64,000 bases of DNA from Escherichia coli. Lineage in GTDB: Bacteria; Pseudomonadota; Gammaproteobacteria; Enterobacterales; Enterobacteriaceae. Location: the NCBI RefSeq assembly GCF_003334315.1, contig NZ_QOWR01000008.1; one strand, written 5' to 3'. Below the pieces are notes generated by a model. The model did no database searches, was not told where the DNA came from, and saw nothing but the letters and a program-made list of their open reading frames with translations. Positions 1 to 17,712 of the stretch are shown here, in pieces. The translations under genes and the position numbers were made by a program. Numbering within the stretch: position 1 is the first letter of the stretch; every line of letters begins with the position of its first letter.

Positions 1-540
1 CTGGCAATGCTGTTTGGCGTCGGCTTTGGTTTACTGATTGAACGTGCGCAAATCTGCTTTACTTCGGCGTTCCGCGATATGTGGATCACCGGACGTACCC
101 ATATGGCGAAAGCAATCATTATCGGTATGGCGGTGAGTGCCATCGGGATCTTCAGTTACGTACAGTTAGGCGTTGAACCCAAAATCATGTGGGCGGGACC
201 AAACGCGGTAATTGGTGGTTTACTGTTTGGTTTTGGCATCGTGCTGGCAGGCGGCTGCGAAACCGGCTGGATGTACCGCGCGGTAGAAGGCCAGGTGCAC
301 TACTGGTGGGTCGGTCTGGGCAATGTGATCGGCTCGACGATTCTGGCGTATTACTGGGATGATTTCGCTCCGGCGCTGGCCACCGACTGGGACAAAATCA
401 ACCTGCTGAAAACCTTTGGCCCGATGGGTGGCCTGCTGGTGACATATTTGCTGTTGTTTACTGCGCTGATGTTGATTATCGGCTGGGAAAAACGCTTCTT
501 CCGCCGTGCGGCACCGCAGACTGCTAAGGAGATCGCATGA
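1..540 (+). CDS. yedE: YedE/YeeE-family inner membrane transporter, 3' portion (gene begins upstream of window)
   Basis: ORF 7..540 hydrophobic, GGCE motif; stop overlaps start of next gene; matches remembered K-12 gene order. Confidence 0.8.
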   Translation: MAMLFGVGFGLLIERAQICFTSAFRDMWITGRTHMAKAIIIGMAVSAIGIFSYVQLGVEPKIMWAGPNAVIGGLLFGFGIVLAGGCETGWMYRAVEGQVHYWWVGLGNVIGSTILAYYWDDFAPALATDWDKINLLKTFGPMGGLLVTYLLLFTALMLIIGWEKRFFRRAAPQTAKEIA

Positions 541-770
541 AAAATATCGTTCCTGATTACCGCCTTGATATGGTGGGTGAACCCTGCCCTTATCCGGCAG
601 TCGCAACTCTTGAGGCGATGCCGCAGTTAAAAAAAGGGGAAATCCTGGAAGTGGTGAGCGACTGTCCACAGTCGATCAATAATATCCCACTGGATGCGCG
701 TAATCACGGCTATACGGTGCTGGATATTCAGCAAGACGGGCCGACCATTCGTTATTTAATTCAGAAGTAA
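537..770 (+). CDS. yedF: TusA-like sulfurtransferase YedF
   Basis: 77 aa, CPxP motif (EPCPYP); ATGA overlap with yedE. Confidence 0.85.
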   Translation: MKNIVPDYRLDMVGEPCPYPAVATLEAMPQLKKGEILEVVSDCPQSINNIPLDARNHGYTVLDIQQDGPTIRYLIQK

Positions 771-876
771 TCCCTCATTCCCGCTGTGGCCCACTGCGGG
801 AACATCGTTGCCTCTGACACATAGATTTTACCCACCCCCTCTCCTATTCTTTTCAGTATGATCTCAGGAGGTTTCT

Positions 877-1545
877 ATGTGTGGACGCTTTGCCCAATCC
901 CAAACGCGTGAAGATTACCTTGCGCTTCTCGCGGAAGATATTGAACGCGATATTCCCTACGATCCCGAACCCATTGGCAGATACAACGTCGCGCCGGGAA
1001 CCAAAGTTCTTCTGCTCAGTGAACGTGATGAACACCTTCATCTGGATCCGGTTTTCTGGGGATATGCTCCCGGATGGTGGGATAAACCGCCGCTGATTAA
1101 CGCCCGCGTAGAAACTGCGGCCACCAGTCGTATGTTTAAACCGCTCTGGCAACATGGTCGGGCAATCTGTTTTGCCGATGGCTGGTTTGAGTGGAAAAAA
1201 GAAGGCGACAAAAAACAGCCTTATTTTATCTATCGCGCTGATGGACAACCTGTTTTTATGGCCGCGATAGGTAGCACACCGTTTGAGCGCGGTGACGAAG
1301 CCGAAGGATTTTTAATTGTCACTGCAGCAGCAGACCAGGGTCTGGTATATATTCATGACCGCCGCCCGCTGGTTCTGTCGCCAGAAGCTGCACAGGAATG
1401 GATGCGGCAAGAGATTGGCGGTAAAGAAGCATCAGAAATTGCTACCAACGGCTGTGTGCCAGCAAACCAGTTCACCTGGCACCCGGTATCGCGCGCGGTA
1501 GGTAATGTCAAAAACCAGGGCGCGGAGTTAATTCAACCTATCTGA
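877..1545 (+). CDS. yedK: SRAP-domain abasic-site processing protein YedK
   Basis: 222 aa, N-terminal MCGRF (catalytic Cys2). Confidence 0.9.
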   Translation: MCGRFAQSQTREDYLALLAEDIERDIPYDPEPIGRYNVAPGTKVLLLSERDEHLHLDPVFWGYAPGWWDKPPLINARVETAATSRMFKPLWQHGRAICFADGWFEWKKEGDKKQPYFIYRADGQPVFMAAIGSTPFERGDEAEGFLIVTAAADQGLVYIHDRRPLVLSPEAAQEWMRQEIGGKEASEIATNGCVPANQFTWHPVSRAVGNVKNQGAELIQPI

Positions 1546-1938
1546 TAAGCCTGGAGATTATTGATCAACAATACTGCGTCATAAGAAATCTCTATTAGAC
1601 AAAGTAGACGCTCCTTCCACATGCGCCACAAGAAACCTCTATTCCAGTGACACAATTACGCCTGATTATTTCCCTAGCCCGGAATATGAATAAAAACATC
1701 AACAAAGATTAAATTATTCAAACGTTACTGTTGCGTCTGCGGTCGTAGCAACATCCGACGTGGTGATGAGTGTTAAAAGAGACACTCTGATGTTCAGAGG
1801 GGTTATCGCGTTTACGGATCGTGGATGGCAGAAAACTTTCAGGATCAGGTATCCATTTTAAACCAGAAATAGGGTGAGTTTGCCCCATCCATGCCCCACG
1901 CGGGCAGATGGGATGTAATTACCAACAGGTTACAAAAC

Positions 1939-2253
1939 CTACACCTGCATGGACATCACTTCCTGATACGCCGCCACCAGCTTATTACGCACCTGAATCC
2001 CCATTTGCATAGAAACTGAGGCTTTTTGCATATCGGTCATCACATCGTTTAACGCCACGCCGGGTTCACCGAGGGTGAATTTTTCTGCCTGCGTGCGGGC
2101 GGCTGTTTGTGTATCGCTTATGCGATCGAGCGCGGCGTGCAGCTGCCCGGTAAAACTAATGGTCGGTTGTGGCAGTGATTCCTGTGCACGCGCACTCATC
2201 GCCGTAGCCTGTAACTGGCTGATAACCCCTTCAATCCCCTGTATCGCTGACAT
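1939..2253 (-). CDS. fliE: flagellar hook-basal body protein FliE
   Basis: 104 aa from internal ATG ([10 protein letters not shown]...); longer ORF 1939..2283 has 10 extra codons. Confidence 0.9.
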   Translation of the reverse strand: MSAIQGIEGVISQLQATAMSARAQESLPQPTISFTGQLHAALDRISDTQTAARTQAEKFTLGEPGVALNDVMTDMQKASVSMQMGIQVRNKLVAAYQEVMSMQV

Positions 2254-2467
2254 TTTCGTCTCCCGGATAATTTCTGGTAGCAAAGCCTACCAGTAAGTCA
2301 ATAAGACAAAGGCGCTAAATAGCAACAAAAAAACGGGTTTATTGGCGGATAGAAAAAAACGAAAGCACAAATAATGGGAGCGTCAATTTTTCGAGTTTGC
2401 TGACCCGGGAGTGAGTCTTGTTCCACTTTGCCAATAACGCCGTCCATAATCAGCCACGAGGTGCGCG
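2254..2467. promoter_or_regulatory. divergent fliE / fliF class 2 flagellar promoter region
   Basis: intergenic between divergently oriented fliE and fliF; established regulation, sites not mapped here. Confidence 0.5.
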
Positions 2468-5792
<3,325 letters not shown>

Positions 5793-5793
<1 letters not shown>

Positions 5794-7166
5794 TGACCAC
5801 GTGCCTGACTCGCTGGCTAACCACGCTGGATAACTTTGAAGCCAAAATGGCGCAGTTGCCTGCGGTACGTCGCTACGGGCGATTAACCCGCGCTACCGGG
5901 CTGGTGCTGGAAGCCACCGGATTACAATTGCCGCTCGGCGCAACCTGTGTGATTGAGCGCCAGAACGGCACTGAAACGCACGAAGTAGAAAGCGAAGTCG
6001 TTGGCTTTAACGGTCAACGGCTGTTTTTAATGCCGCTGGAGGAAGTCGAAGGTGTCCTGCCCGGCGCGCGTGTTTATGCCAAAAACATTTCGGCAGAAGG
6101 GCTGCAAAGCGGCAAACAGTTGCCGCTCGGTCCGGCGTTATTAGGTCGCGTTCTGGACGGCAGCGGTAAACCGCTCGATGGCCTCCCCTCCCCCGATACG
6201 ACGGAAACCGGTGCGCTGATTACCCCACCATTTAACCCATTGCAACGTACACCGATTGAACATGTGCTGGACACTGGCGTGCGCCCAATCAATGCCCTGC
6301 TTACCGTTGGGCGTGGGCAGCGTATGGGGCTGTTTGCCGGGTCCGGCGTTGGTAAAAGTGTGCTGCTGGGGATGATGGCCCGTTACACCCGCGCCGATGT
6401 CATTGTCGTGGGTTTGATTGGTGAACGAGGGCGCGAAGTAAAAGATTTTATTGAGAATATCCTCGGTGCCGAAGGGCGTGCACGCTCAGTAGTGATTGCC
6501 GCTCCGGCGGATGTTTCTCCGCTCCTGCGAATGCAGGGTGCCGCCTATGCCACGCGCATTGCCGAAGATTTTCGCGATCGTGGTCAGCATGTATTGCTGA
6601 TTATGGACTCCCTCACCCGCTACGCGATGGCCCAGCGTGAAATTGCGCTGGCGATTGGCGAACCACCCGCCACTAAAGGTTATCCCCCGTCGGTGTTTGC
6701 CAAATTACCGGCACTGGTCGAGCGTGCCGGAAATGGCATTAGCGGCGGCGGATCGATTACTGCATTTTATACCGTGCTCACTGAAGGCGATGACCAGCAG
6801 GACCCCATTGCCGACTCTGCGCGGGCAATCCTCGACGGTCACATTGTGCTGTCTCGCCGACTGGCGGAAGCCGGGCACTATCCGGCTATCGATATTGAAG
6901 CGTCGATCAGCCGCGCAATGACGGCGTTGATCAGTGAGCAACATTACGCGCGAGTGCGCACCTTCAAACAGCTGTTGTCGAGTTTTCAGCGTAACCGCGA
7001 TCTGGTTAGCGTCGGCGCGTATGCCAAAGGCAGCGATCCGATGCTCGACAAAGCCATCGCCCTGTGGCCGCAGCTGGAGGGCTATTTGCAACAAGGCATT
7101 TTTGAACGCGCGGACTGGGAAGCGTCTCTCCAGGGGCTGGAGCGTATTTTCCCGACAGTGTCATAA
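5793..7166 (+). CDS. fliI: flagellum-specific ATPase FliI
   Basis: 457 aa, Walker A GSGVGKS. Confidence 0.95.
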
Positions 7167-7184
7167 CCCAGGAGATAACGGCAG

Positions 7185-7628
7185 ATGGCAGAACATGGCG
7201 CGCTGGCGACCCTGAAAGATCTGGCAGAAAAAGAGGTAGAGGATGCCGCGCGCCTGCTGGGTGAAATGCGTCGCGGGTGTCAGCAGGCGGAAGAACAGCT
7301 CAAAATGCTGATCGATTATCAGAATGAATATCGCAATAACCTCAATAGCGATATGAGTGCCGGGATGACCAGCAACCGCTGGATCAACTATCAGCAGTTT
7401 ATCCAGACGCTGGAAAAAGCCATTACTCAGCATCGCCAGCAACTTAATCAGTGGACGCAGAAAGTTGACATTGCCCTGAACAGCTGGCGAGAAAAGAAAC
7501 AACGTTTGCAGGCCTGGCAGACACTGCAGGAACGGCAATCCACGGCGGCACTGCTTGCAGAAAACCGCCTCGATCAGAAAAAGATGGATGAGTTCGCCCA
7601 GCGCGCCGCCATGAGGAAACCTGAATGA
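7185..7628 (+). CDS. fliJ: flagellar export chaperone FliJ
   Basis: 147 aa coiled-coil protein. Confidence 0.9.
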   Translation: MAEHGALATLKDLAEKEVEDAARLLGEMRRGCQQAEEQLKMLIDYQNEYRNNLNSDMSAGMTSNRWINYQQFIQTLEKAITQHRQQLNQWTQKVDIALNSWREKKQRLQAWQTLQERQSTAALLAENRLDQKKMDEFAQRAAMRKPE

Positions 7629-8752
7629 TTCGCTTAGCGCCCTTGATTACCGCCGACGTTGACACCACCACATTGCCTGGCGGCAAAGCCAGCGATGCTG
7701 CACAAGATTTTCTCGCGTTGTTGAGCGAAGCATTAGCAGGCGAGACAACAACCGACAAAGCGGCCCCCCAGTTGCTGGTGGCAACAGATAAGCCCACGAC
7801 AAAAGGCGAGCCGCTGGTCAGCGAGATTGTTTCCGATGCGCAACAAGCGGATTTACTGATCCCTGTGGATGAAACACTTCCTGTCATCAACGACGAACAA
7901 TCCACATCAACACCGTTAACCACCGCTCAGACGATGACGTTGGCTGCGGTGGCTGACAAAAATACGACACAAGACGAAAAAGCGGATGACCTTAATGAAG
8001 ACGTCACCGCAAGTCTGAGCGCCCTTTTTGCGATGTTGCCGGGTTTTGACAATACGCCCAAAGTGACTGATGCACCGTCAACCGTGTTACCGGCAGAGAA
8101 ACCAACGCTCTTCACAAAACTGACTTCTGCGCAACTCACTACAGCACAGCCTGATGACGCCCCCGGCACACCAGCTCAGCCATTAACACCGCTGGTAGCA
8201 GAAGCCCAGAGTAAAGCGGAAGTCATCAGCACGCCTTCGCCGGTGACCGCTGACGCCAGCCCGCTAATCACTCCACACCAGACACAGCCACTGCCCACCG
8301 TCGCCGCGCCTGTTTTGAGTGCACCGCTGGGTTCTCACGAATGGCAACAATCATTAAGCCAGCATATTTCGCTGTTCACCCGCCAGGGGCAACAAAGTGC
8401 AGAGTTGCGTCTGCACCCACAGGATTTAGGTGAAGTGCAAATTTCCCTCAAAGTGGATGATAACCAGGCGCAGATCCAGATGATTTCACCGCATCAGCAC
8501 GTACGCGCCGCCCTCGAAGCAGCGCTGCCGGTACTGCGTACGCAGCTGGCCGAAAGTGGCATTCAGTTAGGGCAAAGCAACATCAGTGGCGAAAGCTTTA
8601 GTGGTCAGCAGCAGGCCGCGTCCCAACAACAGCAAAGCCAACGCACAGCAAACCATGAACCTCTGGCGGGGGAAGACGACGATACGCTTCCGGTTCCCGT
8701 CTCTTTACAAGGGCGTGTAACAGGTAACAGCGGCGTTGATATTTTCGCCTAA
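7625..8752 (+). CDS. fliK: flagellar hook-length control protein FliK
   Basis: 375 aa, Pro/Thr/Gln-rich. Confidence 0.9.
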   Translation: MIRLAPLITADVDTTTLPGGKASDAAQDFLALLSEALAGETTTDKAAPQLLVATDKPTTKGEPLVSEIVSDAQQADLLIPVDETLPVINDEQSTSTPLTTAQTMTLAAVADKNTTQDEKADDLNEDVTASLSALFAMLPGFDNTPKVTDAPSTVLPAEKPTLFTKLTSAQLTTAQPDDAPGTPAQPLTPLVAEAQSKAEVISTPSPVTADASPLITPHQTQPLPTVAAPVLSAPLGSHEWQQSLSQHISLFTRQGQQSAELRLHPQDLGEVQISLKVDDNQAQIQMISPHQHVRAALEAALPVLRTQLAESGIQLGQSNISGESFSGQQQAASQQQQSQRTANHEPLAGEDDDTLPVPVSLQGRVTGNSGVDIFA

Positions 8753-8856
8753 CGTCAGAGGTAGCACCGTAATCCTCGTCTTTTCCCCGCTTTGTTGCGC
8801 TCAAGACGCAGGATAATTAGCCGATAAGCAGTAGCGACACAGGAAGACCGCAACAC

Positions 8857-9321
8857 ATGACTGATTACGCGATAAGCAAGAAAAGCAAGCGATCGCTTTG
8901 GATCCCGATTCTGGTATTCATTACCCTCGCGGCCTGTGCCAGCGCAGGTTACAGCTACTGGCATTCGCATCAGGTTGCCGCTGACGACAAAGCGCAGCAA
9001 CGCGTCGTGCCCTCCCCGGTCTTCTATGCGCTGGATACCTTTACGGTCAATCTGGGCGATGCAGATCGCGTACTTTATATCGGCATAACCCTGCGCCTGA
9101 AAGATGAAGCTACCCGCTCGCGGCTGAGTGAGTATTTGCCGGAAGTCCGTAGCCGTTTGCTGTTACTGTTTTCGCGTCAGGATGCTGCCGTACTGGCGAC
9201 AGAAGAAGGCAAGAAAAACCTGATTGCCGAGATTAAAACCACGCTTTCCACCCCGCTTGTTGCCGGGCAACCGAAACAGGATGTCACCGACGTGCTGTAT
9301 ACCGCTTTTATTCTGCGATAA
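8857..9321 (+). CDS. fliL: flagellar basal body-associated protein FliL
   Basis: 154 aa, single N-terminal TM. Confidence 0.9.
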   Translation: MTDYAISKKSKRSLWIPILVFITLAACASAGYSYWHSHQVAADDKAQQRVVPSPVFYALDTFTVNLGDADRVLYIGITLRLKDEATRSRLSEYLPEVRSRLLLLFSRQDAAVLATEEGKKNLIAEIKTTLSTPLVAGQPKQDVTDVLYTAFILR

Positions 9322-9325
9322 CGAC

Positions 9326-10330
9326 ATGGGCGATAGTATTCTTTCTCAAGCTGAAATTGATGCGCTGTTGAATGGTGACAGCGAAGTCAAAGACGAACCG
9401 ACAGCCAGTGTTAGCGGCGAAAGTGACATTCGTCCGTACGATCCGAATACCCAACGACGGGTTGTGCGCGAACGTTTGCAGGCGCTGGAAATCATTAATG
9501 AGCGCTTTGCCCGCCATTTTCGTATGGGGCTGTTCAACCTGCTGCGTCGTAGCCCGGATATAACCGTCGGGGCCATCCGCATTCAGCCGTACCATGAATT
9601 TGCCCGCAACCTGCCGGTGCCGACCAACCTGAACCTTATACACCTTAAACCGCTGCGCGGCACAGGGCTGGTGGTGTTCTCGCCGAGCCTGGTGTTTATC
9701 GCCGTGGATAACCTGTTTGGCGGCGATGGACGCTTCCCGACCAAAGTGGAAGGTCGCGAGTTTACCCATACCGAACAGCGCGTCATCAACCGCATGTTAA
9801 AGCTGGCGCTTGAAGGCTATAGCGACGCCTGGAAAGCGATTAATCCGCTGGAAGTTGAGTACGTGCGTTCGGAAATGCAGGTGAAATTCACTAATATCAC
9901 CACCTCGCCGAACGACATTGTGGTTAACACGCCGTTCCATGTGGAGATTGGCAACCTGACCGGCGAATTTAATATCTGCCTGCCATTCAGCATGATCGAG
10001 CCGCTACGGGAATTGTTGGTTAACCCGCCGCTGGAAAACTCGCGTAATGAAGATCAGAACTGGCGCGATAACCTGGTGCGCCAGGTGCAGCATTCACAGC
10101 TGGAACTGGTGGCCAACTTTGCCGATATCTCGCTACGCCTGTCGCAGATTTTAAAACTGAAACCCGGCGACGTCCTGCCGATAGAAAAACCCGATCGCAT
10201 CATCGCCCATGTTGACGGCGTTCCGGTACTGACCAGTCAGTACGGCACCCTCAACGGTCAGTATGCGTTACGGATAGAACATTTGATTAACCCGATTTTA
10301 AATTCTCTGAACGAGGAACAGCCCAAATGA
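9326..10330 (+). CDS. fliM: flagellar motor switch protein FliM
   Basis: start MGDSILSQAEIDALL at ATG 9326; ORF-track start 9224 is upstream extension overlapping fliL. Confidence 0.9.
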   Translation: MGDSILSQAEIDALLNGDSEVKDEPTASVSGESDIRPYDPNTQRRVVRERLQALEIINERFARHFRMGLFNLLRRSPDITVGAIRIQPYHEFARNLPVPTNLNLIHLKPLRGTGLVVFSPSLVFIAVDNLFGGDGRFPTKVEGREFTHTEQRVINRMLKLALEGYSDAWKAINPLEVEYVRSEMQVKFTNITTSPNDIVVNTPFHVEIGNLTGEFNICLPFSMIEPLRELLVNPPLENSRNEDQNWRDNLVRQVQHSQLELVANFADISLRLSQILKLKPGDVLPIEKPDRIIAHVDGVPVLTSQYGTLNGQYALRIEHLINPILNSLNEEQPK

Positions 10331-10740
10331 GTGACATGAATAATCCGGCCGATGACAACAACGGCGCAATGGACGATCTGTGGGCTGAAGCGTTGAGCGA
10401 GCAAAAATCAACCAGTGGAAAAAGCGCTGCCGACGCGGTGTTCCAGCAATTTGGCGGCGGAGATGTCAGCGGAACGTTGCAGGATATCGACCTGATTATG
10501 GATATTCCGGTCAAGCTGACCGTCGAGCTGGGCCGTACGCGGATGACCATCAAAGAGCTGTTGCGTCTGACGCAAGGATCAGTCGTGGCGCTGGACGGTC
10601 TGGCGGGCGAACCGCTGGATATTCTGATCAACGGTTATTTAATTGCCCAGGGCGAAGTGGTGGTCGTTGCCGATAAATATGGCGTGCGGATCACCGATAT
10701 CATTACCCCGTCCGAGCGGATGCGCCGCCTGAGCCGTTAG
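10327..10740 (+). CDS. fliN: flagellar motor switch protein FliN
   Basis: 137 aa. Confidence 0.95.
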   Translation: MSDMNNPADDNNGAMDDLWAEALSEQKSTSGKSAADAVFQQFGGGDVSGTLQDIDLIMDIPVKLTVELGRTRMTIKELLRLTQGSVVALDGLAGEPLDILINGYLIAQGEVVVVADKYGVRITDIITPSERMRRLSR

Positions 10741-10742
10741 TG

Positions 10743-11108
10743 ATGAATAACCATGCTACTGTGCAATCTTCCGCGCCGGTTTCTGCTGCGTCACTGCTGC
10801 AGGTGAGCGGCGCACTCATCGCCATTATTGCCCTGATCCTCGCTGCCGCCTGGCTGGTAAAACGGCTGGGATTTGCCCCTAAACGCACTGGCGTTAACGG
10901 TCTGAAAATTAGCGCCAGTGCTTCGCTGGGCGCGCGTGAACGGGTTGTGGTGGTCGATGTGGAAGATGCACGGCTGGTGCTCGGCGTTACCGCAGGGCAA
11001 ATCAATCTGCTGCATAAACTTCCCCCTTCAGCACCAACGGAAGAGATACCGCAGCCCGATTTTCAGTCGGTCATGAAAAGCTTGCTTAAGCGTAGCGGGA
11101 GATCCTGA
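10743..11108 (+). CDS. fliO: flagellar biosynthesis protein FliO
   Basis: 121 aa from second ATG (MNNHATVQ). Confidence 0.85.
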   Translation: MNNHATVQSSAPVSAASLLQVSGALIAIIALILAAAWLVKRLGFAPKRTGVNGLKISASASLGARERVVVVDVEDARLVLGVTAGQINLLHKLPPSAPTEEIPQPDFQSVMKSLLKRSGRS

Positions 11109-11845
11109 TGCGTCGTTTGTTGTCTGTCGCCCCTGTCCTTCTCTGGCTGATTACGCCCCTCGCCTTCGCGCAACTGCCGGGTATCACCAGCCAGCCGCTG
11201 CCTGGCGGTGGACAAAGCTGGTCGCTCCCGGTGCAGACGCTGGTGTTCATCACCTCGTTGACGTTTATTCCGGCAATTTTACTGATGATGACCAGTTTCA
11301 CCCGCATCATTATTGTTTTTGGTTTATTGCGTAACGCGCTGGGAACGCCCTCCGCGCCACCTAACCAGGTATTGCTGGGGCTGGCACTGTTTTTGACCTT
11401 TTTTATTATGTCGCCAGTGATCGACAAAATTTATGTCGATGCGTACCAGCCATTCAGCGAAGAGAAAATATCAATGCAGGAGGCGCTGGAAAAAGGGGCG
11501 CAGCCGCTGCGTGAGTTTATGCTGCGTCAGACCCGTGAGGCGGATTTAGGGTTGTTTGCCAGACTGGCGAATACTGGCCCGTTGCAGGGACCTGAAGCCG
11601 TGCCGATGCGCATTTTGCTCCCGGCCTACGTGACCAGCGAGTTGAAAACCGCATTTCAGATAGGCTTCACGATTTTCATCCCTTTTTTGATTATCGACCT
11701 GGTGATAGCCAGCGTGTTGATGGCATTAGGGATGATGATGGTTCCCCCCGCCACCATTGCTCTGCCCTTTAAACTGATGCTGTTTGTACTGGTGGATGGC
11801 TGGCAATTGCTGGTCGGTTCGCTGGCGCAGAGCTTTTACAGCTAG
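11108..11845 (+). CDS. fliP: flagellar export apparatus protein FliP
   Basis: 245 aa with signal peptide. Confidence 0.95.
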   Translation: MRRLLSVAPVLLWLITPLAFAQLPGITSQPLPGGGQSWSLPVQTLVFITSLTFIPAILLMMTSFTRIIIVFGLLRNALGTPSAPPNQVLLGLALFLTFFIMSPVIDKIYVDAYQPFSEEKISMQEALEKGAQPLREFMLRQTREADLGLFARLANTGPLQGPEAVPMRILLPAYVTSELKTAFQIGFTIFIPFLIIDLVIASVLMALGMMMVPPATIALPFKLMLFVLVDGWQLLVGSLAQSFYS

Positions 11846-11854
11846 AGAGGCAAA

Positions 11855-12124
11855 ATGACACCTGAATCGGTCATGATGATGGGGACTGAAGCGATGAAAG
11901 TCGCGCTGGCACTGGCTGCCCCGCTATTGTTGGTAGCGTTGGTCACGGGCCTTATCATCAGTATTTTGCAGGCCGCCACCCAGATTAACGAAATGACGCT
12001 GTCGTTTATTCCGAAAATCATCGCCGTATTTATTGCCATTATTATTGCCGGACCGTGGATGCTCAATCTGTTGCTGGATTACGTCCGCACCTTGTTCACT
12101 AACCTGCCGTATATCATCGGGTAG
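11855..12124 (+). CDS. fliQ: flagellar export apparatus protein FliQ
   Basis: 89 aa. Confidence 0.95.
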   Translation: MTPESVMMMGTEAMKVALALAAPLLLVALVTGLIISILQAATQINEMTLSFIPKIIAVFIAIIIAGPWMLNLLLDYVRTLFTNLPYIIG

Positions 12125-12131
12125 CCGTACT

Positions 12132-12917
12132 ATGTTGCAGGTGACAAGCGATCAATGGCTTTCCTGGCTAAGTCTGTACTTCTGGCCGTTACTGCGCGTG
12201 CTGGCGCTCATTTCTACCGCGCCAATTCTGAGCGAACGCAGCGTGCCGAAGCGGGTAAAACTGGGTCTGGCAATGATGATCACGTTCGCTATTGCCCCAT
12301 CATTACCTGCCAACGATGTTCCTGTTTTTTCGTTCTTTACTCTGTGGCTGGCCGTGCAGCAGATCCTGATCGGCATTGCGCTTGGTTTCACCATGCAATT
12401 TGCCTTTGCCGCTGTGCGAACCGCTGGCGAAATTATCGGTCTGCAAATGGGGCTGTCATTTGCGACGTTTGTCGATCCGGCCAGCCATCTCAACATGCCC
12501 GTTCTAGCGCGTATCATGGATATGCTGGCGTTACTGCTGTTCCTGACATTTAACGGTCATTTATGGTTGATTTCACTGCTGGTCGATACCTTTCACACCC
12601 TGCCGATTGGTGGCGAACCGCTGAACAGCAATGCGTTTCTGGCACTCACCAAAGCAGGGAGTTTGATTTTCCTTAACGGGCTGATGCTGGCGTTACCGCT
12701 CATTACTCTGCTGCTGACCCTGAATCTGGCATTAGGTTTACTGAATCGTATGGCCCCGCAATTATCCATTTTTGTTATTGGATTTCCATTAACTCTGACT
12801 GTCGGCATCTCTTTAATGGCGGCATTAATGCCGTTAATTGCGCCTTTTTGCGAACATTTATTCAGTGAAATTTTTAATTTGCTGGCTGATATTATTAGTG
12901 AATTGCCATTAATATAA
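12132..12917 (+). CDS. fliR: flagellar export apparatus protein FliR
   Basis: 261 aa from ATG 12132 ([10 protein letters not shown]). Confidence 0.9.
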   Translation: MLQVTSDQWLSWLSLYFWPLLRVLALISTAPILSERSVPKRVKLGLAMMITFAIAPSLPANDVPVFSFFTLWLAVQQILIGIALGFTMQFAFAAVRTAGEIIGLQMGLSFATFVDPASHLNMPVLARIMDMLALLLFLTFNGHLWLISLLVDTFHTLPIGGEPLNSNAFLALTKAGSLIFLNGLMLALPLITLLLTLNLALGLLNRMAPQLSIFVIGFPLTLTVGISLMAALMPLIAPFCEHLFSEIFNLLADIISELPLI

Positions 12918-12942
12918 TTCCGTAACGTTTATCATGCTACCC

Positions 12943-12956
12943 TAAGGATTATCCGA
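12943..12956 (+). promoter_or_regulatory. putative RcsAB box upstream of rcsA
   Basis: TAAGGATTATCCGA resembles RcsAB consensus TaAGaatatTCctA. Confidence 0.4.
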
Positions 12957-13206
12957 AAAATAATATCTGCGAACATCTTCCAGGATACTCCTGTAGCGAA
13001 ATATTTGTTTTAAGCTCACTCACATATCGCAACATTTACTTTACTTTAAGACAATTCCAGGCAAATTATACAACACTTTACGGGATAGTAAGTCCGCCTG
13101 AAAAATTGCGAGAGTGGCGCATTAGGTGACCCATGTTGTTCCGTTTAGTCATGATGAAATATTCAGGTAAGGGGAATTATCGTTACGCATTGAGTGAGGG
13201 TATGCC

Positions 13207-13830
13207 ATGTCAACGATTATTATGGATTTATGTAGTTACACCCGACTAGGTTTAACCGGGTATCTGTTGAGTAGAGGGGTTAAAAAAAGAGAAATCAACG
13301 ACATTGAAACCGTTGATGACCTTGCCATAGCTTGTGATTCACAGCGCCCTTCAGTGGTGTTTATTAATGAGGACTGTTTCATCCATGATGCTTCTAACAG
13401 TCAGCGCATCAAGCACATCATTAATCAACATCCCAATACGTTATTTATCGTTTTTATGGCAATTGCCAATGTTCATTTTGATGAATATCTATTGGTCAGA
13501 AAAAATTTATTGATAAGTTCTAAATCGATTAAACCGGAATCTCTCGACGATATCCTTGGCGATATTCTGAAAAAAGAGACAACGATAACCTCTTTTTTAA
13601 ATATGCCGACGTTATCATTGAGCCGAACCGAATCGAGTATGTTGCGAATGTGGATGGCAGGTCAGGGAACCATCCAAATCTCTGACCAAATGAATATCAA
13701 AGCCAAGACCGTTTCATCGCATAAAGGTAATATTAAACGTAAGATCAAAACGCATAATAAACAGGTTATCTACCATGTCGTCCGACTGACGGATAATGTG
13801 ACTAATGGTATTTTTGTCAACATGCGCTAA
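13207..13830 (+). CDS. rcsA: capsule regulator RcsA (LuxR-type HTH)
   Basis: 207 aa, recognised sequence. Confidence 0.95.
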   Translation: MSTIIMDLCSYTRLGLTGYLLSRGVKKREINDIETVDDLAIACDSQRPSVVFINEDCFIHDASNSQRIKHIINQHPNTLFIVFMAIANVHFDEYLLVRKNLLISSKSIKPESLDDILGDILKKETTITSFLNMPTLSLSRTESSMLRMWMAGQGTIQISDQMNIKAKTVSSHKGNIKRKIKTHNKQVIYHVVRLTDNVTNGIFVNMR

Positions 13831-13873
13831 CACATTCTGACTGGTGGTTTCCCACCAGTCAGGCTGAATAAGA

Positions 13874-14152
<279 letters not shown>

Positions 14153-14224
14153 CTATACTTAAGAGATGCCAGGCGGACTTAACGACTGGCGGCAACAACA
14201 GAGTAACGGTTGCGAGGAAAGATG

Positions 14225-14452
14225 ATGAAAACCGCAAAAGAGTACAGCGATACCGCAAAACGTGAGGTCAGCGTCGATGTCGATGCCCTGCTGGCGGCGA
14301 TCAATGAAATTAGCGAAAGCGAAGTTCATCGCAGCCAGAACGATTCTGAACACGTTAGCGTCGATGGACGTGAATATCATACATGGCGTGAATTGGCGGA
14401 TGCCTTCGAACTGGATATTCATGACTTCAGCGTCTCTGAAGTGAATCGTTGA
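14225..14452 (+). CDS. yodD: stress-induced small protein YodD
   Basis: 75 aa MKTAKEYSDTAKREV...; tandem ATGs 14222/14225. Confidence 0.85.
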   Translation: MKTAKEYSDTAKREVSVDVDALLAAINEISESEVHRSQNDSEHVSVDGREYHTWRELADAFELDIHDFSVSEVNR

Positions 14453-14465
14453 ATGCACAATAAAA

Positions 14466-14552
14466 AAATCCCGACCCTGAGGGGGTCGGGATGAAACTTG
14501 CTTAAGCAAGAAGCACTTAAAAAATTCGTTACACCAGGAAATCTGATGTGTT
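14466..14552 (-). ncRNA. dsrA: DsrA small regulatory RNA
   Basis: reverse complement reads AACACATCAGATTTCCTGGTGTAACGAATTTTTTAAGTGCTTCTTGCTTAAGCAAGTTTCATCCCGACCCCCTCAGGGTCGGGATTT with terminal hairpin and U-tract. Confidence 0.9.
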
Positions 14553-14731
14553 CATCACCTTATCCGCAATTTTTTTCGCTGACAAGAAAATCTTCGCGAT
14601 ATGAATGATTAACGCTACTTATGAATAGAAATGTGACGTGCGTCACCCCTTGGTGGCTCTGGCGTCAACGGGATCGCTCCCGAAAAAATCATCTTTGATT
14701 ATTTGTGCTGTTTTGAGAATCATCCTGGTAA

Positions 14732-17256
<2,525 letters not shown>

Positions 17257-17348
17257 CCTGACGACTCCCAACCTGCTTTTTTATGATTCTGGCATAACCT
17301 GGCGATAGCGTACCGCAAAACAGCGATAATTTTATAATGGTGGCATGA

Positions 17349-17440
17349 TAAGACGCGATAGCGTCGCATCAGGCAATTCAGTGCAGACACTGGCACACCC
17401 GACCGGATGCGACGTGAGCGCCACATCCGGTCGGGTGTTA
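17349..17440. repeat. REP/BIME-like palindromic units
   Basis: GACGCGATAGCGTCGCATCAGGC and CCGGATGCGACG...CATCCGGTCGG palindromes. Confidence 0.55.
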
Positions 17441-17451
17441 ATGATACCCTT

Positions 17452-17634
17452 TCAAACTTCTTCCGCAGGACGACTTCCCACCCCTGGAACAAGCTCGGTT
17501 TCATGAAAAGCTTCCCGCTTGACCCCGTAACCGTCATACCAACGACACTCAACCATACCGCTGGAGTATCCGGTGACAATCATCCGCGGGCCGCCCTCTT
17601 TAACCGTAACTTCCTCACTAACCATAAAGCTCAT
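17452..17634 (-). CDS. yodC: small protein YodC
   Basis: 60 aa MSFMVSEEVTVKEGGPRMIVTGY... Confidence 0.85.
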   Translation of the reverse strand: MSFMVSEEVTVKEGGPRMIVTGYSSGMVECRWYDGYGVKREAFHETELVPGVGSRPAEEV

Positions 17635-17712
17635 ACTCGCCTCCTTTTTTCGAGTAAAACTTGTTCACCTTAGTTGAAGATGGCGAATTTTGCATAATAG
17701 CCAGTGCGAGTA

